From assembly GCF_002105155.1 (NCBI RefSeq), contig NW_019029004.1, positions 434,001 through 498,000 of the forward strand: a DNA stretch of 64,000 nucleotides, written 5' to 3'. The notes under the pieces were generated by a model. It was given only the letters and a program-made list of their open reading frames with translations. It was not told the origin of the DNA and did not search any database. This document shows, one piece after another, positions 32,542 through 48,181 of the stretch. A program made the translations under genes and the position numbers. Source of the DNA: Lobosporangium transversale. Taxonomy: Eukaryota. The stretch's first letter is position 1, and every line of letters starts with the position of its first letter.

Positions 32542-33943
32542 ATGAACAACGACAGCATGGACCCAGAGCAGATTAGAACATTGGCTCAGCAACTGGCTCA
32601 ACGGCTCATTGCGATGCGACAGACGCATCATAATCCCATTCAACATCCTGGGTCTCATTTAAGTGACATTCCTCAGAGTCAAACTGAGATGATTCCAACG
32701 ACGAGTTCAGACACCAATATCTCTCAGCTTACCTTCCAATTGAACAGTTTACAGACTCAAGATGGACTAATAAACCAAACGCCTCCTTCACCGTCATTGA
32801 CGTCAATAGCAACAGACCCGACTATAAAGGAAGTCCAAGTTAATACTGATGCTGATCAATACGCCTCAGTTCCTGACCCGTCTGTTTACGAAATGGATTT
32901 TATAAATACTTATCTACGCACCAACGCGTTAGTCCTCGCATTCGAAGAGACACAGCTTTTGGTAATTTGGAAGTAAGGGGAATGAAGAGGCTTAACTTTG
33001 GGATGGTATTTTTCACCCCCCATTACTAATATCACTAATCAACAACAAAATAATAGGAACATGCTTGTGAGCAAATACCCATCGACAAGCTCGTTAATGA
33101 GGCAGAAGCAATGGTCAAAGATTACCCAAACGATAGTACAGATGATATTATAATCAGGTAAACACTCGAATTGACTATTGCCTATTCAAGTATACAGCTT
33201 GTTATTGTACTGACTTTTACCTTATCCTTTTTTATTTTGCGGACTTCCTCTTTTTCCAGGCGTCTTTTGCATTGGTTCAAGAATGAATACTTCACATGGG
33301 TGAATGAACCTCCTTGCGCTAGTTGCCAGGTATGGACTAGCAACTCAGTTGTCTTTGAATAATGTCGGTGGGGGAAAGCTTGGAACATTACAGAATTAAA
33401 GGCTAATCTTCTTTTTTATTTTTTCTTTTTACAGGGGAAGACAGTTGCTATGGGACATACCACCCCGACAGCTCAGGAAAGACAGGACGGCGCAGGGATA
33501 GTTGAGACATATCGCTGCACTCAGGCTTGCCCTACTATAACTCGATTCCCGCGGTATGGGATGCCTAGAATCCTATTCAGTACACGTCGAGGACGATGTG
33601 GAGAATGGGCCAATGTAAAGGAGGATTGAATCAAGATCAAATGAGTTTATGGATTCAGTTTTATTTCATGGATTTTTCTTAATCTCAAGCTGTCTGCTGC
33701 ACTTTCCTAATGTCTACTGCCGTCATAAATCTGTGTAGTGCTTTACGGTTTGTTGCAGAGCATTAGGATATAGCACACGATATGTACATGATACAACAGA
33801 TCATGTTTGGACTGAAGTCTGGAGTGTCCACAAGAAGCGATGGATCCATTGCGATGCATGTGAGGCTGCGTATGATCAGCCACTGCTTTACTCGACCGGA
33901 TGGGGGAAGTCCCTGAGCTACTGTGTTGCATTTTCAGGTATGG

Positions 33944-34005
<62 letters not shown>

Positions 34006-34743
34006 GGATGTTACTGGTTCGCTTCATATTATAATATAATAATATTTTTTTTCTTCTTTCTTTTTTTTTTTTTTAGCCGAAGAAGTTGTCGATGTTACTA
34101 AACGCTACACAGTTGATTACGACACTGCTGTCGTTAAAAGACGAAAATCGATTCGAGAGCCTGTTTTAGCAAAGGTGTTGGGCTGATTTATTTTATAAGA
34201 AAAAAAAAAAAAAAAAAAACTGTTGTGCTGAGGAAGACCTGGAGAAGCATTTGACTTATTCACATGTTTTTTTTTTTTTCTTTTGTATTAGTTTTTGCAT
34301 CTTTTATCCGAATCGAATTTGGCAAAACTGAAGTTAGATACAACAGAAATACAATCTATTCGAGATAGACAAAGTTTGGAAGCTGAGGAGCTTTCTGGAA
34401 GACATGGCGATAACCGGACTATTGAGACACAAGAACGAGAGAGTGGTAATAGTCTTGATATTCAATGATCTTTAGGGAGGACCAACCAGATAAATGATTT
34501 GAAGTTTTCTTTTTTCTTCAACTCCTTCTTTCTTTCTCCTTGTTTCTTTTTTCTATTTCTATTTCTTTTTCTTTTTCTTTTTCTTTCTCTCTCCCCTTGT
34601 TTTCTTTTCCGAGCAAGGTGTACGCAATGTCATGGAATTGCTTCATCCTTAGGAACTAATAGGTTTTTGGCATTTTTTTTTTTTTTTTTGGATATTGTTT
34701 AGGATCAGACGAATGGACCAGAGCCCGGGGTGAAAGGCGATGA
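32542..34743 (+). CDS. PNG1: Peptide:N-glycanase (multi-exon)
   Basis: [68 protein letters not shown]. Confidence 0.95.
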
Positions 34744-35183
34744 GTAAGGGGGTATCGATACGAGCGATATTACATTTGCTCTTGGACAACACCAAGTAAA
34801 CACGGATATAAAGAGGGAAAGACGAGGCCCTGTAAAGTAATAGTATTGAATAAAGCGCTGTAGTTTCAGCTGTTGTATCCCGGATGCCTTTCCATAAGTG
34901 CAAGGTCAATGTACAAAAAAATAAAATAAAATAAAATAAAACACGTCTGCAGAGTTCACTGACGTGCCCCATCATCATAATGGATCTTAGATTAGATCTT
35001 CTAGTTTATCCGAGCAGACAGTCAATCCTTGTTTGACCTTTCTCCCTTCCTTCTTTCCTCTTCATAGACAAAGAAAATAAAATGCTATGATCCATAATCC
35101 CATTTTGGGCTCTCTAGAAGATGCATGTTGACCTGGGTATGTTATTGCTTTTTTTTTTTTTTTTTTTTTTTTTTTATTTTATT

Positions 35184-35214
<31 letters not shown>

Positions 35215-36483
35215 TATTTATTTATTTTTTTTATTTTTATTTTTTTCCGCACCTATAAAATACTTGAACCTTTACTTCTTTGTGCTGCTATGCTTTTTTT
35301 TTTTTTTTTTTTTTTTTGACCGAAAATGAACAGCCCTATCATCCCTAAAATATGTTGTGATCATAGTAAAAAAAAGCTAAATGACTAAGGCGGCGTTTAT
35401 TTCAGGGCACTGTTGCTGAGCATAGCAGGCAGACATTGATGTTGTTTAAAGTTTTTAAGATGCACTTTTTGTTTCGTACTTACGTTGTGAGCCATCCAAA
35501 AATGGATCCTCTAAACCGAAGCATTGCTCGGTTATGCTTTCTATCTGATTGAATATCTCAGCATGAATGTATATATTATGGTCATGACTTCAATCTAGAG
35601 CGATGACTGAATTGAACTGGTGGCTGATTTGTCCAACAAACAAGTTAAAGAATACGAATGTGGGTCGCGACTAAATGAACAATATATACATGCATGAAAA
35701 ATTCTTTTTTTTTTAGATGCTTTTTCTTTCAGATACAGTGCAGGGCAAAGAAATGCATGCACGTTGGTTGGACACGAGGGAAAAAGAGTCGCGATGTGGT
35801 TAAGTCCTCGGGGTTTCTTTTAGTACGTTTGAACAAGCACTACACACATTGGTGACTTTTTATCTTTTTTCTGTTCTTTTTCTTTTTTTTTGAGAAGTGT
35901 GAGAAGAAAGGGAGATGTAATCCATTAACAACTGTTCTGGTATTTACTATTCGCCCATTCTTTTCCGTTTAAGCAAAAATGGAACACTTATGCAAATGGT
36001 AAAAAAAAAAAAAAAAATTACACAAATTGCTCCTTGCTTGACGCGACTTGAAAGCACTGACCTTCTGACTCTTTTGTTCAGACATTGACGGACTCCTTTT
36101 TTGTTAAAAGTGTATGACATATAATTATAAAGTATATATGATCTTTTTCCCCCACTTGTGGGAATAGCATTGTTGCTCTTGCTTGTTCTCTGCTTTTCCA
36201 ACTTTGAATGTGAAGCGGGAGATATATTAAAAAGGAAAAATGCCTGTCGTTACACAAACATTGTTATAGGTGGCCCAAGTGGGTCAAACAACAAACCCAT
36301 TTGGCAAACAAAAAAAAAAAAAGGCAACAACATCTGATTATTTTTTTATTTTTTTGCGGGAGGAACTTTCTGCATTATGCTACGTCTATAAGCATAAAGA
36401 TAAATGCATGTATATGTTCAACCAGTTTCTGAGAAAAGAGCGTTGAAGGATTTTCACAACTAATGAACTATGCCATTAGAAGA

Positions 36484-36518
<35 letters not shown>

Positions 36519-36612
36519 AAAGGTGCCGTTAGAGTACCCTCGTGATGATACACTGAGCTGCAGCTATGCATGAAAGGAAGGGTGGAAAGGACACATTGCC
36601 TACCAAATTTAT

Positions 36613-36646
<34 letters not shown>

Positions 36647-39600
36647 CGTCTTGCATTTAAAAAACGCGCATAGATGCGCCTTTTCGCGTTTGTTTGGGTC
36701 AAGTCTTCGTAAAACTGTAACCGTTGGTCCATAGCCAAACAAATATGAGCATCCTGCGGTCCTCATTTACCAAATATCAAATATCAAATATTGAGAATAA
36801 AAATAAGTGGTATGACGAGGCGAGATGACAAGATGTGTGTGGCAGGATAATGTGTGAGGAACCTTGCTATCTTTCACGAGGGAAGGAATCAAAGACTAAA
36901 AAAGAATGTAGACAGTGGATGCTGGTCATTAGATCATGGTCCGAACTGGATAGAGCATGTGTTGCTGCTATTGCTTGTCATATTTTTATTATGACATTAT
37001 TTCCGAAACTAATAGACATGTACTCGCTGTTCATTTTTTTTTTTCTTTTTCTTTTAGCCAATGGTTCAACCATTCACTCTTATGGATCAGAAATGGGACC
37101 AACAACAGGCAAGCACAGGATGACCGTGCACAAGGGCATGTTCGCTGCCCTAACTTTCCAAAAAATACACATTCATGTATACACTTGGACAATTACAATT
37201 CTCACGCTCAGGATGGCAGTACAGTACATATACAGATATTAATTTGTACTTCTCGTTGTATCAGTCAATGTCTTGCATTGACATTGTCGCTGAGAGAAGA
37301 CTTTTTTTCCCTTTTTCCCTTTTTCCCTTTTTCAAGTAGCAGATGTATGATGTATATATGGTGCCCATTCGCTGTTGTACATACTCTACATAAGGAACGA
37401 ACTATTTTCCAGAGCGTTCATTTTCTTTTCTTTTTCTTACTATTATTATTCTTTTATGTCATAGTCTATGTGTTCACAAAGACATGAGGACATCCAACGA
37501 TTCTGCAAAAAAAAAAAAAAAAAAAAAGCCCTTCACATGGTATGCATATCAATGGCCTTATGTTAATTTTGTATTAGACTATTGGGCGCCTCTTCATGAA
37601 GCTGAGAATGTGTCGATCGCGTGATTTACAATAAAAAAAAAAATCGTCATCGTCTTGTTTCCATGATCATGTGACTGGTCTAATCAGAAAAAGGATTACA
37701 TTCATATCCATGCATGTCGTAAATTTGTCAAATGATTTGCTTTGAAGGCTCAATTTGATAATGGCAATAAAATAGAACCACATGGGCTGGCGCCACTTCA
37801 TCTAATCACATATAAAAAATGTATCTATAATATATATATATATAATATATACAAATGCCATTTGTTTATGATCATTAACGGTGCACACATGGGAGCGGTA
37901 ATTGTTTTAATATTAAAAAGATTATTTCAACACGTGCATGACACATCAAGACGTCTGACTTGTGCCGCTAACAGCAACAAACAATGACAAGTAATAATTC
38001 GGCATGTATAGGTGCATAAATATATATATATTATCATTCATTAATTTACGATCTGTTTCGTTGGCATGCGACCTAATAGGATCCTACTAAACTTTTAACA
38101 AATGTTTTAATGTTGGGTTCATTTGTCTTGGGGATCAATTTGTCTATACTAAAGATGTTGATTGGTAGTCTTTCCTTTGCACGCCCTCCTCCCCCAACTC
38201 CTCCTTACTCAATTTTCATTTCGTACCTTTTATTATCAAATTGAAACAAAGCCCAGAGAAAGCGATGAGCTAAGGTGGAAAATAAACTAAAGAACCATTG
38301 TTGATGATTAGCATTAGATATTGACAACCGTGATAAACATGAATGAATATCGGAAGAGCAAGCAAGGATCACTACACAATTATTAAGCACCGCCTATTCC
38401 CCCTCATATTCACTCGCTAAATAGCATGGACACATCAAAAAAAAAAAAAAAAAAAAAAAAAAAAGGAGAGGCCAAGAATGGATAATCTTGCATAATGCTG
38501 CGTAAGCAAATCATTTTCTATTCTTTGTTCAGGGTCAACAATCTGGTTCGTGCGCCTGTACAAGAAAAGTAAGGGGTAAAGAAAGATCTAGTCTTTCGTG
38601 GGTAAAAAAAAAAAAAAAAAAAAAAAAAAGGTTTTAAAACAAAGGTACATCACATGTTGCCTTTTTTTTATGACACGTGTAATCTTATCCTGATCATTAA
38701 TTTTTCACGAATGTGCTTACTTACTTTCAGGGTACGGATAGATTACATCTATAAAGGTGTCGTCAGTCAGTTTTACCTTGTCTCTCTCCCTCCAAAAGCC
38801 AAATCCCGATAAGTGAAATGTGCATCACATGCATGAAGAGCCAACTCAAAAAAATGGGGATCCTTTTGGTGGGATTAAAATGAATTAAGAAATAGGAGGT
38901 TGAGCATCCATGTGCCCGTCAACTTTAGATTGTTTACTTAGTCTTTTTTTTCATTTAAAACACCCAGGCTTGTGATCTAATACTGTCTGTGCTTTTAGTT
39001 TGACTAAATGATTACAGAGGAATGGGATGTAGGGTTTCCTTAAACATGTGGGTAAGATGAGTTTAGGAAGGGACCAGATGGGATACATTGATGCTTATAA
39101 ACAATGAGCTCTCATGAAAAAAAAAAAAAAAAAAAACGCAGGTCGCTGCATTTATTGTCCACACTCCATTTATTGTCCGATATAGTCAAAGTATACTAAG
39201 GGGCTATTTGTCAGTTGAAAAGAGACGATCGTACAGATTAATATTTGTTGACAATCTCATTAAAATATTTTAAAACACATTTTATTATATAGCATTGCAA
39301 TTTTGTAGTAACCTATTAATATTTGTAACCTTGTACTTCCTTCTATTTCGTATTTTGTGCCTCCACATCAAAGCATGTGCACATTTTATTCATCGTCGTT
39401 CTCAGCTGCGCACGAAACACGCTGTTGTTGTTAGCTCTTTCTTATGATTTTATTTTATTTTATTTATTTTTTTTTGTTTTTTCTGGTTGTTTATATCGTT
39501 TATATTTAAATGGCGTTTGGCATTGAGAGCAGCCATTATCAATTATTATTCAGCTATACTGGCTAGAAAATTAAAGTGATCGGTTTTTACATGCTTGGCC

Positions 39601-40194
39601 GAGTAAAAATCTTCAAAGTTCAGGTTTACAACATTTTCAAAAACAAGGGGTTAACGAATAAAAAAAAAATAAGATGCTCATGATTGTTACTACAAAGTAA
39701 TATCAAACCCCCTTCCTTTTGAGGAAAAGCAAAGCGGAGAGAAAGGAGTAAAAAAAAAAAAAAAAAAAAAAAAAGTGTCGGAGAAGATGAACACATGTTG
39801 CAGCATACCTTAACAGATTTACAATACAAGCAAGCCGTGCGTCTTGGTGTGGCACCTGCTCCTTCAGCCATACACGCATAAACACATATAAATATGAAAG
39901 TTTGTTCCTTTGTGCATTATCGAATACATAGCCTTCTTTTTTCTCTTTCCTTGTTTTCTAAACCTTACAATCTACATCATTATCGATATCAAAACCACCA
40001 ACTCTCACTACTCTCACAACTCTCACAACTCTCACAATTATCCTTTCAACATCATATTATTATCGTATTATAGTCGTCTTTTTCTCCTTAATATCACTGC
40101 TTAGTCGACACTCAATCTCCCACAATTTCTGATTCATATTCTTTCCTTAAAAAATAAAAAAAAAGAAAGAAAAATTCCGTCTTTCTCGTTATCA

Positions 40195-41518
40195 ATGTCT
40201 CCACCTGCCGAGCACAATCCTTCTCTTCCATCGTACCAACATTTTCCAGTACAATCCTTAGGCACCAGCGCAATGGACTACTCCGAGTCAACAGCAACAT
40301 ACGATCACCACCGTCAACAGCAGCGTGATTCCTCCTCACAATCTCCTCCTGCGCCTGCACCATACTTTCGGCAACCGGGACCTCGAGCCCCTTCAAGAGA
40401 ACAATCCCATTTAGATTACAATGGCAACATCGATAGTCTGACGAGGCGGCCATCTTACCCTAAACTCAACCATCATGACTCCCAGCACCTCGACCATCAG
40501 CACCATCCTCACAGATTAATGTCATATTCCTCAGAACCTAACTTGGACCTATATGGACATCAGCGGAGTCTATCGTACCATGGACATTCTTCCAGCCAGC
40601 GACAGCAAGGCTCCCAGATGTCGCCTACATCCCCAACAGACTCTTATTCTTCATATTATCAAAGTCAGCATCAGCATCATTATGCACAGAGTCATATCCA
40701 TGATCCAGCGCCGGGACAAAGAGAAAGAGGAGCAGGAGGAGGAGGAGGAGGAGGAGGAGGAGGAGTAACGGCATATGAACCCATTTCGATATCAAGAAGA
40801 TCGTCGAGAGACGATGTGTCTATGTCGCACTATGACCCACGAGATGAGGCATCATCAGTAACGCCAACATCAACTTCCACACCAGTACCGCATCCAGCTC
40901 ATCATGGGCGACAACGAAGTGTGGGTCAGTTAGGGTCTATTTCCGCGCCTCATTATCAAGACCATTCACTTGGGTCATTCCAGTCACCATCACAACTTCA
41001 CCAGCCGCAACAGCCGCAATCACCTCGATCTCCACCTTCTCCACACTCGTCTTCATCACCAACAAAACAAGACTCAATGTCGCCTCAATCACCGCCGCTA
41101 ACACCTTCACCACGGGACTACCCTCAGCAGCAGCAGCCGCAGCCGCAGCAGCAACAGCAACAACAACAACAACAACAGCCATATTATACACCGCCTTTGC
41201 CTCGTTCACGAGCAGCATCGGTCGGAGGCTTCAGTAGTAGCAGTGGTGGCAGTGGTAGCAGAGTAACGTTGCACAAAGCATCGACACGCGAAGTAGCAGC
41301 CGTAGGACCAAATCGCCGGCTGGCCCATATTCTTTCAGAACAGAAGAGAAGAGAAAAGATCAATGGAGGATTTGATGAACTCAAAAGCGTCGTTCCCGAG
41401 TAAGTCATGTGTTTACATTTTTATACATTATTGATCAAGGGACATGTTTCAATTATTTTATTAACTTGGTTTCCTATTTTTGTTTCTTTGATACGATGGG
41501 TACCTGGATTTCTTCTTT

Positions 41519-41550
<32 letters not shown>

Positions 41551-41985
41551 CTTCTCGTTTTCTTCATCCCATGTCTTATCTACTATAGTTGTGCGCAAAA
41601 CGCTGACTCGAAAGCGACTATCTTGAGAAAAGGTAAAGACTTTAGATCCTTTAAAAAAAAAACAAAAAAAAAAACTTTAACCCACAAATGCATTTTGTTT
41701 ATATTACATTTTTCATTTTATTGACTTTGTTTACCCTTTTTTTCATTATTATTACCATAAATATACACAGCCGTGTCCTATATCCTACTCCTTGAAGGCG
41801 AACTGAAGAGGTACACAGGCGGATATGATCATTCATCAAGATATGATCAACCGCTTCATAACAATAACATTAACAACACCAACAGCAGTGACAACAATAG
41901 CAACCATAGTACTAATAACAATAGTAATCATAGCAACAATCAATATCATTCGGATCCCTCTTACAGTGAGCACGATCGTCAGTAA
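40195..41985 (+). CDS. bHLH transcription factor (3 exons)
   Basis: RRLAHILSEQKRREKINGGFDELKSVVP, SKATILRK and AVSYILLLE joined by GT-AG introns; long disordered N-terminus. Confidence 0.93.
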
Positions 41986-42589
41986 TAAAGTGACATTATG
42001 TCAATCCGAACAATACATTAAAAAAAAAAAAAAGCCTTTATTCTCTCCTTCTTACTCTCTTTCTCGCTCTTTCTAGTTCTTTCTTTATAGTATACTTGTT
42101 ATAGTATACATGTGTTCGTTTATATATATATATAACATATTAAAACAAATTAATATCACATTTAAATTGAGTTTGTCATTGTTGTCATTGTTTTTTTTTT
42201 TTTTTTTTTTTTTTTTTAGTCTTAAGAATACATGTCCATTAAAGTTTGCTCGTTATTCAAGATTTTTTTTTTTTTTTTAAAAAAAACTGCATGTTCCTTT
42301 AGTTGCACTGACCAAGTAACATGCACATGTTACTTACTAAGCAAAAAACATTTGGGCGAACGAGAATATCTGAAATAGCGACCGAGTGAGTCAAGCTTTT
42401 ATTTTTTTGTTGTGTAAGCAAACACAGGAATGCTTTGCCTTGCATCATAAACAATCGATAATGCTGAACCGAACGTGTGTGTTATTTTTATTTTTATTTT
42501 TTTTTTTTGTATGTCTTTTAGTGACTATCGACAATTATTTACATCTTACAGCGAGTAGAAACACTCTCCCGTCTTCTGCTCCTTATGGA

Positions 42590-42624
<35 letters not shown>

Positions 42625-42627
42625 CCT

Positions 42628-45375
42628 TCAGGGCGAAGGTCTTGTTTGAAAAGGTGCCGGCGGAGCAGGTTGTGAAGGTGGCTGTAACAGGGGTATCGCT
42701 TCAGATGTGCCTTTAAGAGTCATATTAAGCAACCCTTGAGGCTCTAGCCTTGGATAGGGTACGGCGGCAGTAGTAACAGTGGTGGCAGGATGTTGATACA
42801 TGTCAATTCCTGGTAATGGTGCTATTTCCATCCTATCACCAGGGAAAGAAAGCTCCGAAGATCGCATTAACGGACGTTGTTGATGTGATTGTTGTACATG
42901 TGTACTTGTATCACTTCCAGGAAGAGAGTCCGGCACAGAGAATGTCGCTGAATAAGTTGGTGATGGCATATAGGAGGGACTCTGGCCCTGAGAGCTGCTT
43001 CCATATTGGTGTGGCTGGAATGCACTGCCAAAAGATATGGATGATGTGTTGGAATACACCCTACTTCCAAGGTAGGAATCCCGCGGAGATGGGAACAGGT
43101 TTGATCTATTGTTGTTGTTGTTCAAGTCGGTTGAAGAGGAAGAGAAAGAAGAAACGGAGAATCCATCCAGGCTTGCTCGTAGGTTGTGTAGATGTACAAG
43201 GTCTCCATTGACGTCAGTATCTTCAGGCCCTTCAACAGTGACAGTTTGCTGCTGCTCTACATCATTGTCAGTCGATGTTTTGCCGTACACTGGCTGTCCT
43301 GCAACGGTAACCACAGACTGAAAACGGGATGTAGGAGGAACAAAATTTGAGGTTGTTGTAGCTGCTGTCTCCGTGTCGACTAGAGGATATTCCTGAGGAG
43401 CATGAACCGGACGCGGGGTTGTCAGAGGTCGAGCCACTATACCATCATTCATCACTCCAAGTTCCTGATAGGGATACTGAGCATAAGTATGAGCATGAGC
43501 TTGTATTTGGTAAGGGTTCTGATTATAGAGCTCCAAGCTCGCACCTCTTCCTGTTGTGGCATAATTTTCAAAATGCTCGGGGGCTGGCCGCTGCTGGGGA
43601 AGCTCGTAATTCCTATCAGTCCCGGCATCAGTACTAGCACTAGTCGCAATAACTGTGCCAGGTCCCGATCCAGACCCATGGTTATCCTTCATATCAGGGC
43701 TATTATTGCCACCATTATTGAGCCGATTGCTTCTGCGCTCACTATGTAGTTCATCTTCATTCTTGAGTACCGCTCCCTTGGCAAGTCTGTCTTCTTCCTC
43801 GAAACGGCGTAGTCGATTCTTTTTCTTTCGAATGTAGTAGACACTCCCTCCTCCGAACAATAATACGAGTACTACACCACCTACAATAAGCCCAATCATC
43901 AACGTCTTTGTTTTTTTGGGGGGGATAAAGATATTCACAGTGTTCCCCCATTGTTGTGCTTTCCCATCCCAGACATGGATCGATTGGTCAAGGAAGTTGT
44001 CGAGGGGAGAGCTGGGACTATAGTCCAAAGTAGTGACTCCGCCATGGAGAAAGACTTGGTCGCCCTGTCCAATCCTGACTGCACCACGGAAATTGGTGTT
44101 CCTAGGCCCACTATCGCCATTTGGGATTCCCGAAAGAGTTGACACAGAGTTCTTATCAGCATCATAAATTTCCACCCGCTGTTGCTGGGTGTCGCCAGAG
44201 CCACCAGAATTTCCGGGAAAGATACTCAAGGCAGTACGAGAAACCGCATAAGCAACCGACCCTCTGGTTGGCTTGGAAAGCGTCCGTGAGTTTCCAAACA
44301 TGACGATTGCTAATATATTCCGGAGAGTAGTTTTATAGTTTTATGTTCGTGATTAGAAATTTGAAATATTCAGGTGAATAAAAAAAAAATAAAAAAAAAA
44401 AAAAGCAAAAGCAAAACCAAATGATTTACTGTTCGAAGGAGCCTGCTGAACTGGAAAAGAGGTCACTGCGTCCCAATCCTGGATTTGTCCAGTGACCAGA
44501 GTGGAGTATCCGCCTAAAATAAGAGCACGTCCATTTCCGTAATGATCTTCTTCTGCATCCTTGTCCTGTCCAAGAATCGCCAGGGTATAGTGGCGGAACC
44601 CAGGAGGAGGTAAGATGGTTGTTACTCCATTGCCTGGGACGGGGCCCCATCCACTGGATGAGGTAGATGAGCCCGGAGGCGTTGTCTGAGGGGTTCCAAT
44701 GGCCAATGTGATGGTCCAAGTGTTGGTGTTAAGGTAATATGGTTGAGGCTGACTGTTCCAGGTCAGCGTACACATCACTAGAGCCGTAAATCCGTCTGCT
44801 AAGATCCTGGATTGGATATAAACTGGATTCAAGAACACATTGGAAGGGACGTTCGGACCAAATTTGAGGGTTGTACCGGGTGTGGTTGTATCACCCCATG
44901 TGGAGCTAGCGATATTATAGACCAATATTTGGGAACTGCCACCGACGACGACTATACGGCCGTCATCCGTTGCAAAGCAGTCAGTCCATGCAGGTGTGGC
45001 TGTGGGTGTGTCTCTGGAGAAGGTCATTGTCAAATTATTGATTTGGATGGACACAGGAGGACTGGGTAGGTCGAGCCAAGGGAGGGTTTCTGGATTCACA
45101 TTAGTGCTGAAAGGCAGTTTTAGGGATGTAAAGGTCGCATAGCTAGAAGACATTGGAGGCGTGCCTCCTAAGAAATAAAGCACGTTCCCATGCTCGACAA
45201 TGCAGTGACCTGCTCGTGGTCCAGGGCCTTTTGACTGAGCATGGACCAGGAGGGAGGAGTGGCGATGATTAGGAATTAAGGTGAAGAGCACTAAAAATAT
45301 AAAGGCATATGCTGTGCCAAGGCGAATGCGCCGTGAGCGTAAACATTGGCCTCGAGGCGGTCTAAAGGTATTCAT
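42628..45375 (-). CDS. Kelch/galactose-oxidase-like single-pass membrane protein (2 exons)
   Basis: N-terminal hydrophobic segment; kelch-like PRAGHC...LYFLGG, VVVGG, ILGG, FLHGG; TM LIVGGVVLVLLFGGGSVYYI followed by RKKK; disordered tail. Confidence 0.8.
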
Positions 45376-45764
45376 AAGGAAGAGAGCAGTGCTGAAAGAC
45401 AAAAAAGAAAAGAAAAGAAAAGAAAGAAAAAAAAGGAAAAGAGAGATTCAATGGATTGACGGGAGCACCAGGTGTAAAGGCAGAAAAGGAAAAGAGGAGG
45501 AGAGCGGAGAGAGCGGCAGGGGGGCGCAGAAGGATCGAGAGAGGGGGGGAAAAAAAAGAAGAGAAGAGTAGAAAAGCGAGAAAAACAAACATGGCTGAGT
45601 ATATTTTCCCCCCTCTCTTGAGAGCATTGTGGAGAGGAGAAAACATAGGCAGCATCCAATCATGGGGACTGAGGGTATCGGGCATGCCAATAGGAAATGG
45701 CATAAAGGCGGATGGATGTGTTTGTTTGGGTTCACAGGATTATAGAGTTACAAGGTTAGGAATG

Positions 45765-45799
<35 letters not shown>

Positions 45800-46954
45800 A
45801 ACCGGAGGACACAGAGCACAGAAGCAGAGCCGAAGAAATGTGTGGAAGGACACGGCGCGTTCCTAGGCCACATGTACCACGTGCCAAGAAAAAAGCTACA
45901 AGAAGTGACAAGAGGCGATGGAGCAAACGCGTATAGACAATGATGTATGCTGCAACATATTCGCGTAGTAGAGTGTCATTCAACACGTCACATTGTCGCG
46001 CGATTCGTTGAAATTGGAATAAAAAAGATCTACCCTGCTTGTTGGTAGATGTGTTGAGCTAGATCATGTAACCAATAGCTCGGTTAGATGTATATTTTAG
46101 TTTTTATACTATTTATATCTCTGTAATCAATTAATTGATGAATAGGATTGCTAAGCCAGACTAAAAAAAAGATTGCACAGCAGGATTCATAAGGTAAGGA
46201 GCTTCTCATTGGAGCACGTTGCCTGGTTTTAGTGTCGAGTAGTCGGCTATGATGCAGACAATTCGGATATTGACAAACGAGTTCTTGCATGGATGACATC
46301 AGTGATATAAAGAACAGATAGGACAAAGAAGGAAAGGCGGATGTACTGTGTCAGCACTTCTTTTGACCACCCTACTGCCTTTTGCAGTTCTATCAGGATG
46401 CCAATAAAAAGGGAAAGTGTATAAGAAAAAAAAAAGCGGTAGATCTCATAATTACATTTGATGCATCACATTTTAAAAAAGGGCTTCTACTTTGTTTAAA
46501 TGCAAATGCAACAATGTGGACGAGGCAATTTGATTCCTCATTGGTGCAACGCAACTCGAGTGTCCTTTTTACCCTAATGGACATGAATTTTTTTTTTTTT
46601 TGCTCTTGTCCCTGTGTCACGCACACTTTTTTTTTTTTTTTTTTTCTCTTGACTTTAAATCATTGGAATGAGAATAGGATACGAATTTCTCTCTCTTCCT
46701 TTCTTCTTTTCTTTCTTTCTTTCTTTCTTTTCAACATCATCCCTCTCTTCTTCTCGCTTTATCCTCTGTCTTTACTCCACATATCCCTGAATCTCTCCAC
46801 TATTTGATTTGTTTCATTGGACCTGGCTAGTTTTTTTTTTTTTCTTTTTTTTTTGTAAGAAAGTTGTCCAGAATTATGTGTTGCCTACTTTTGAAAAAGT
46901 TGATGGGATAAAAATGAACTTTACTTGTTACCTATAGCATGTCTATGACAATTG

Positions 46955-46989
<35 letters not shown>

Positions 46990-47467
46990 CTCTTCATTCT
47001 ACATTGAATGAAAAGGAAGACATTGCTTTGTTGTGTTTCTCATTACTTTTTTTTTTTTTTTTTTTTTTTAACGACACATTCAAATGCGACTTTGAAGCAA
47101 TTCCAGTTATTGAATGGCAAAGGAGGTGTTTTGGTTTGACTAGGAAAGGGGGATGGTGGCGGTGGCTGCTGACTTTACTATTTTTCCTTCCAGGCAGATC
47201 GTGAAAGATAGACAAAGTTGTTGTTTTTTTTTTCTTTTTGAAACATGCGACTGGGTTCCAACTGACGAAGCAAACGAAATTTGATCAGTCCTGAGTGAAA
47301 ATAAAAACAAGGATTACTTACTCCTTTTTTTACAATCTTTGTACTTTTCTCATACATCTCCCCCCTCCTTCATTAATAGATCTAATTATTCGACCGAACC
47401 TTGATCTTCAACTACTACATAACACAGGCGTATACATCAGTACAAAATTTGTTTGTGAATATATCCA

Positions 47468-48146
47468 ATGGGTCAGACACTTTCAGCACCTATCACAGAG
47501 AAGCACTCGACTTCGGGTCACGATGAACGTCTTGCTTATGGCGCGTCATCTATGCAAGGATGGCGAATCTGTAAGACCACGACCTGATGTGGAGGATGCA
47601 AGCTTTCAATTATATTACATGCATAATATACGTTCTAAATTTGAGCCGCACGGTCTTTTACAGAAAGCTTGGAGTCCTTTTGTAACACTACTTTTTTTCT
47701 TTTCGTTTCTATATATATATAAAAAAAACTAGCAATGGAGGATGCGCACACAACCTTGCTGCAGTTAGAGAACGCCCCCAAAGGAACTTCCTTTTTCGCC
47801 GTTTATGATGGTCATGGAGGTTAGTTGCCCAATTTTCTTAGAGGCAAAAAAAAAAAAAAAAAAAAGTTTGTTTGCTTGCTTGGGAAAGAAAAAAATTCTT
47901 TCTAATAAGGCTTGATGTAACAATATTCGGCTTATTCGCAGGTCCTAATGTTGCCATGTTTAGCGGGGAGGCTTTACACAAGAAGATCGTGGCTGATTAT
48001 GCCTTCTCGAAGGGTGATTATAAAACTGCAATCAAGAATGGATTCTTGGAAATGGATCGTGCTCTTCGCCATGGTAACACCTTGAGCTATTATTGATGAC
48101 CACCTTACTCAACCTTTTTTTTTTAAGCTCTCATTTTAACCATTTT

Positions 48147-48181
<35 letters not shown>

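Noticed and set aside
29300..39400. Many short F/K-rich ORFs in intergenic and intronic DNA (excluding PNG1)
   Set aside because: Artefacts of poly-T and poly-A homopolymers.
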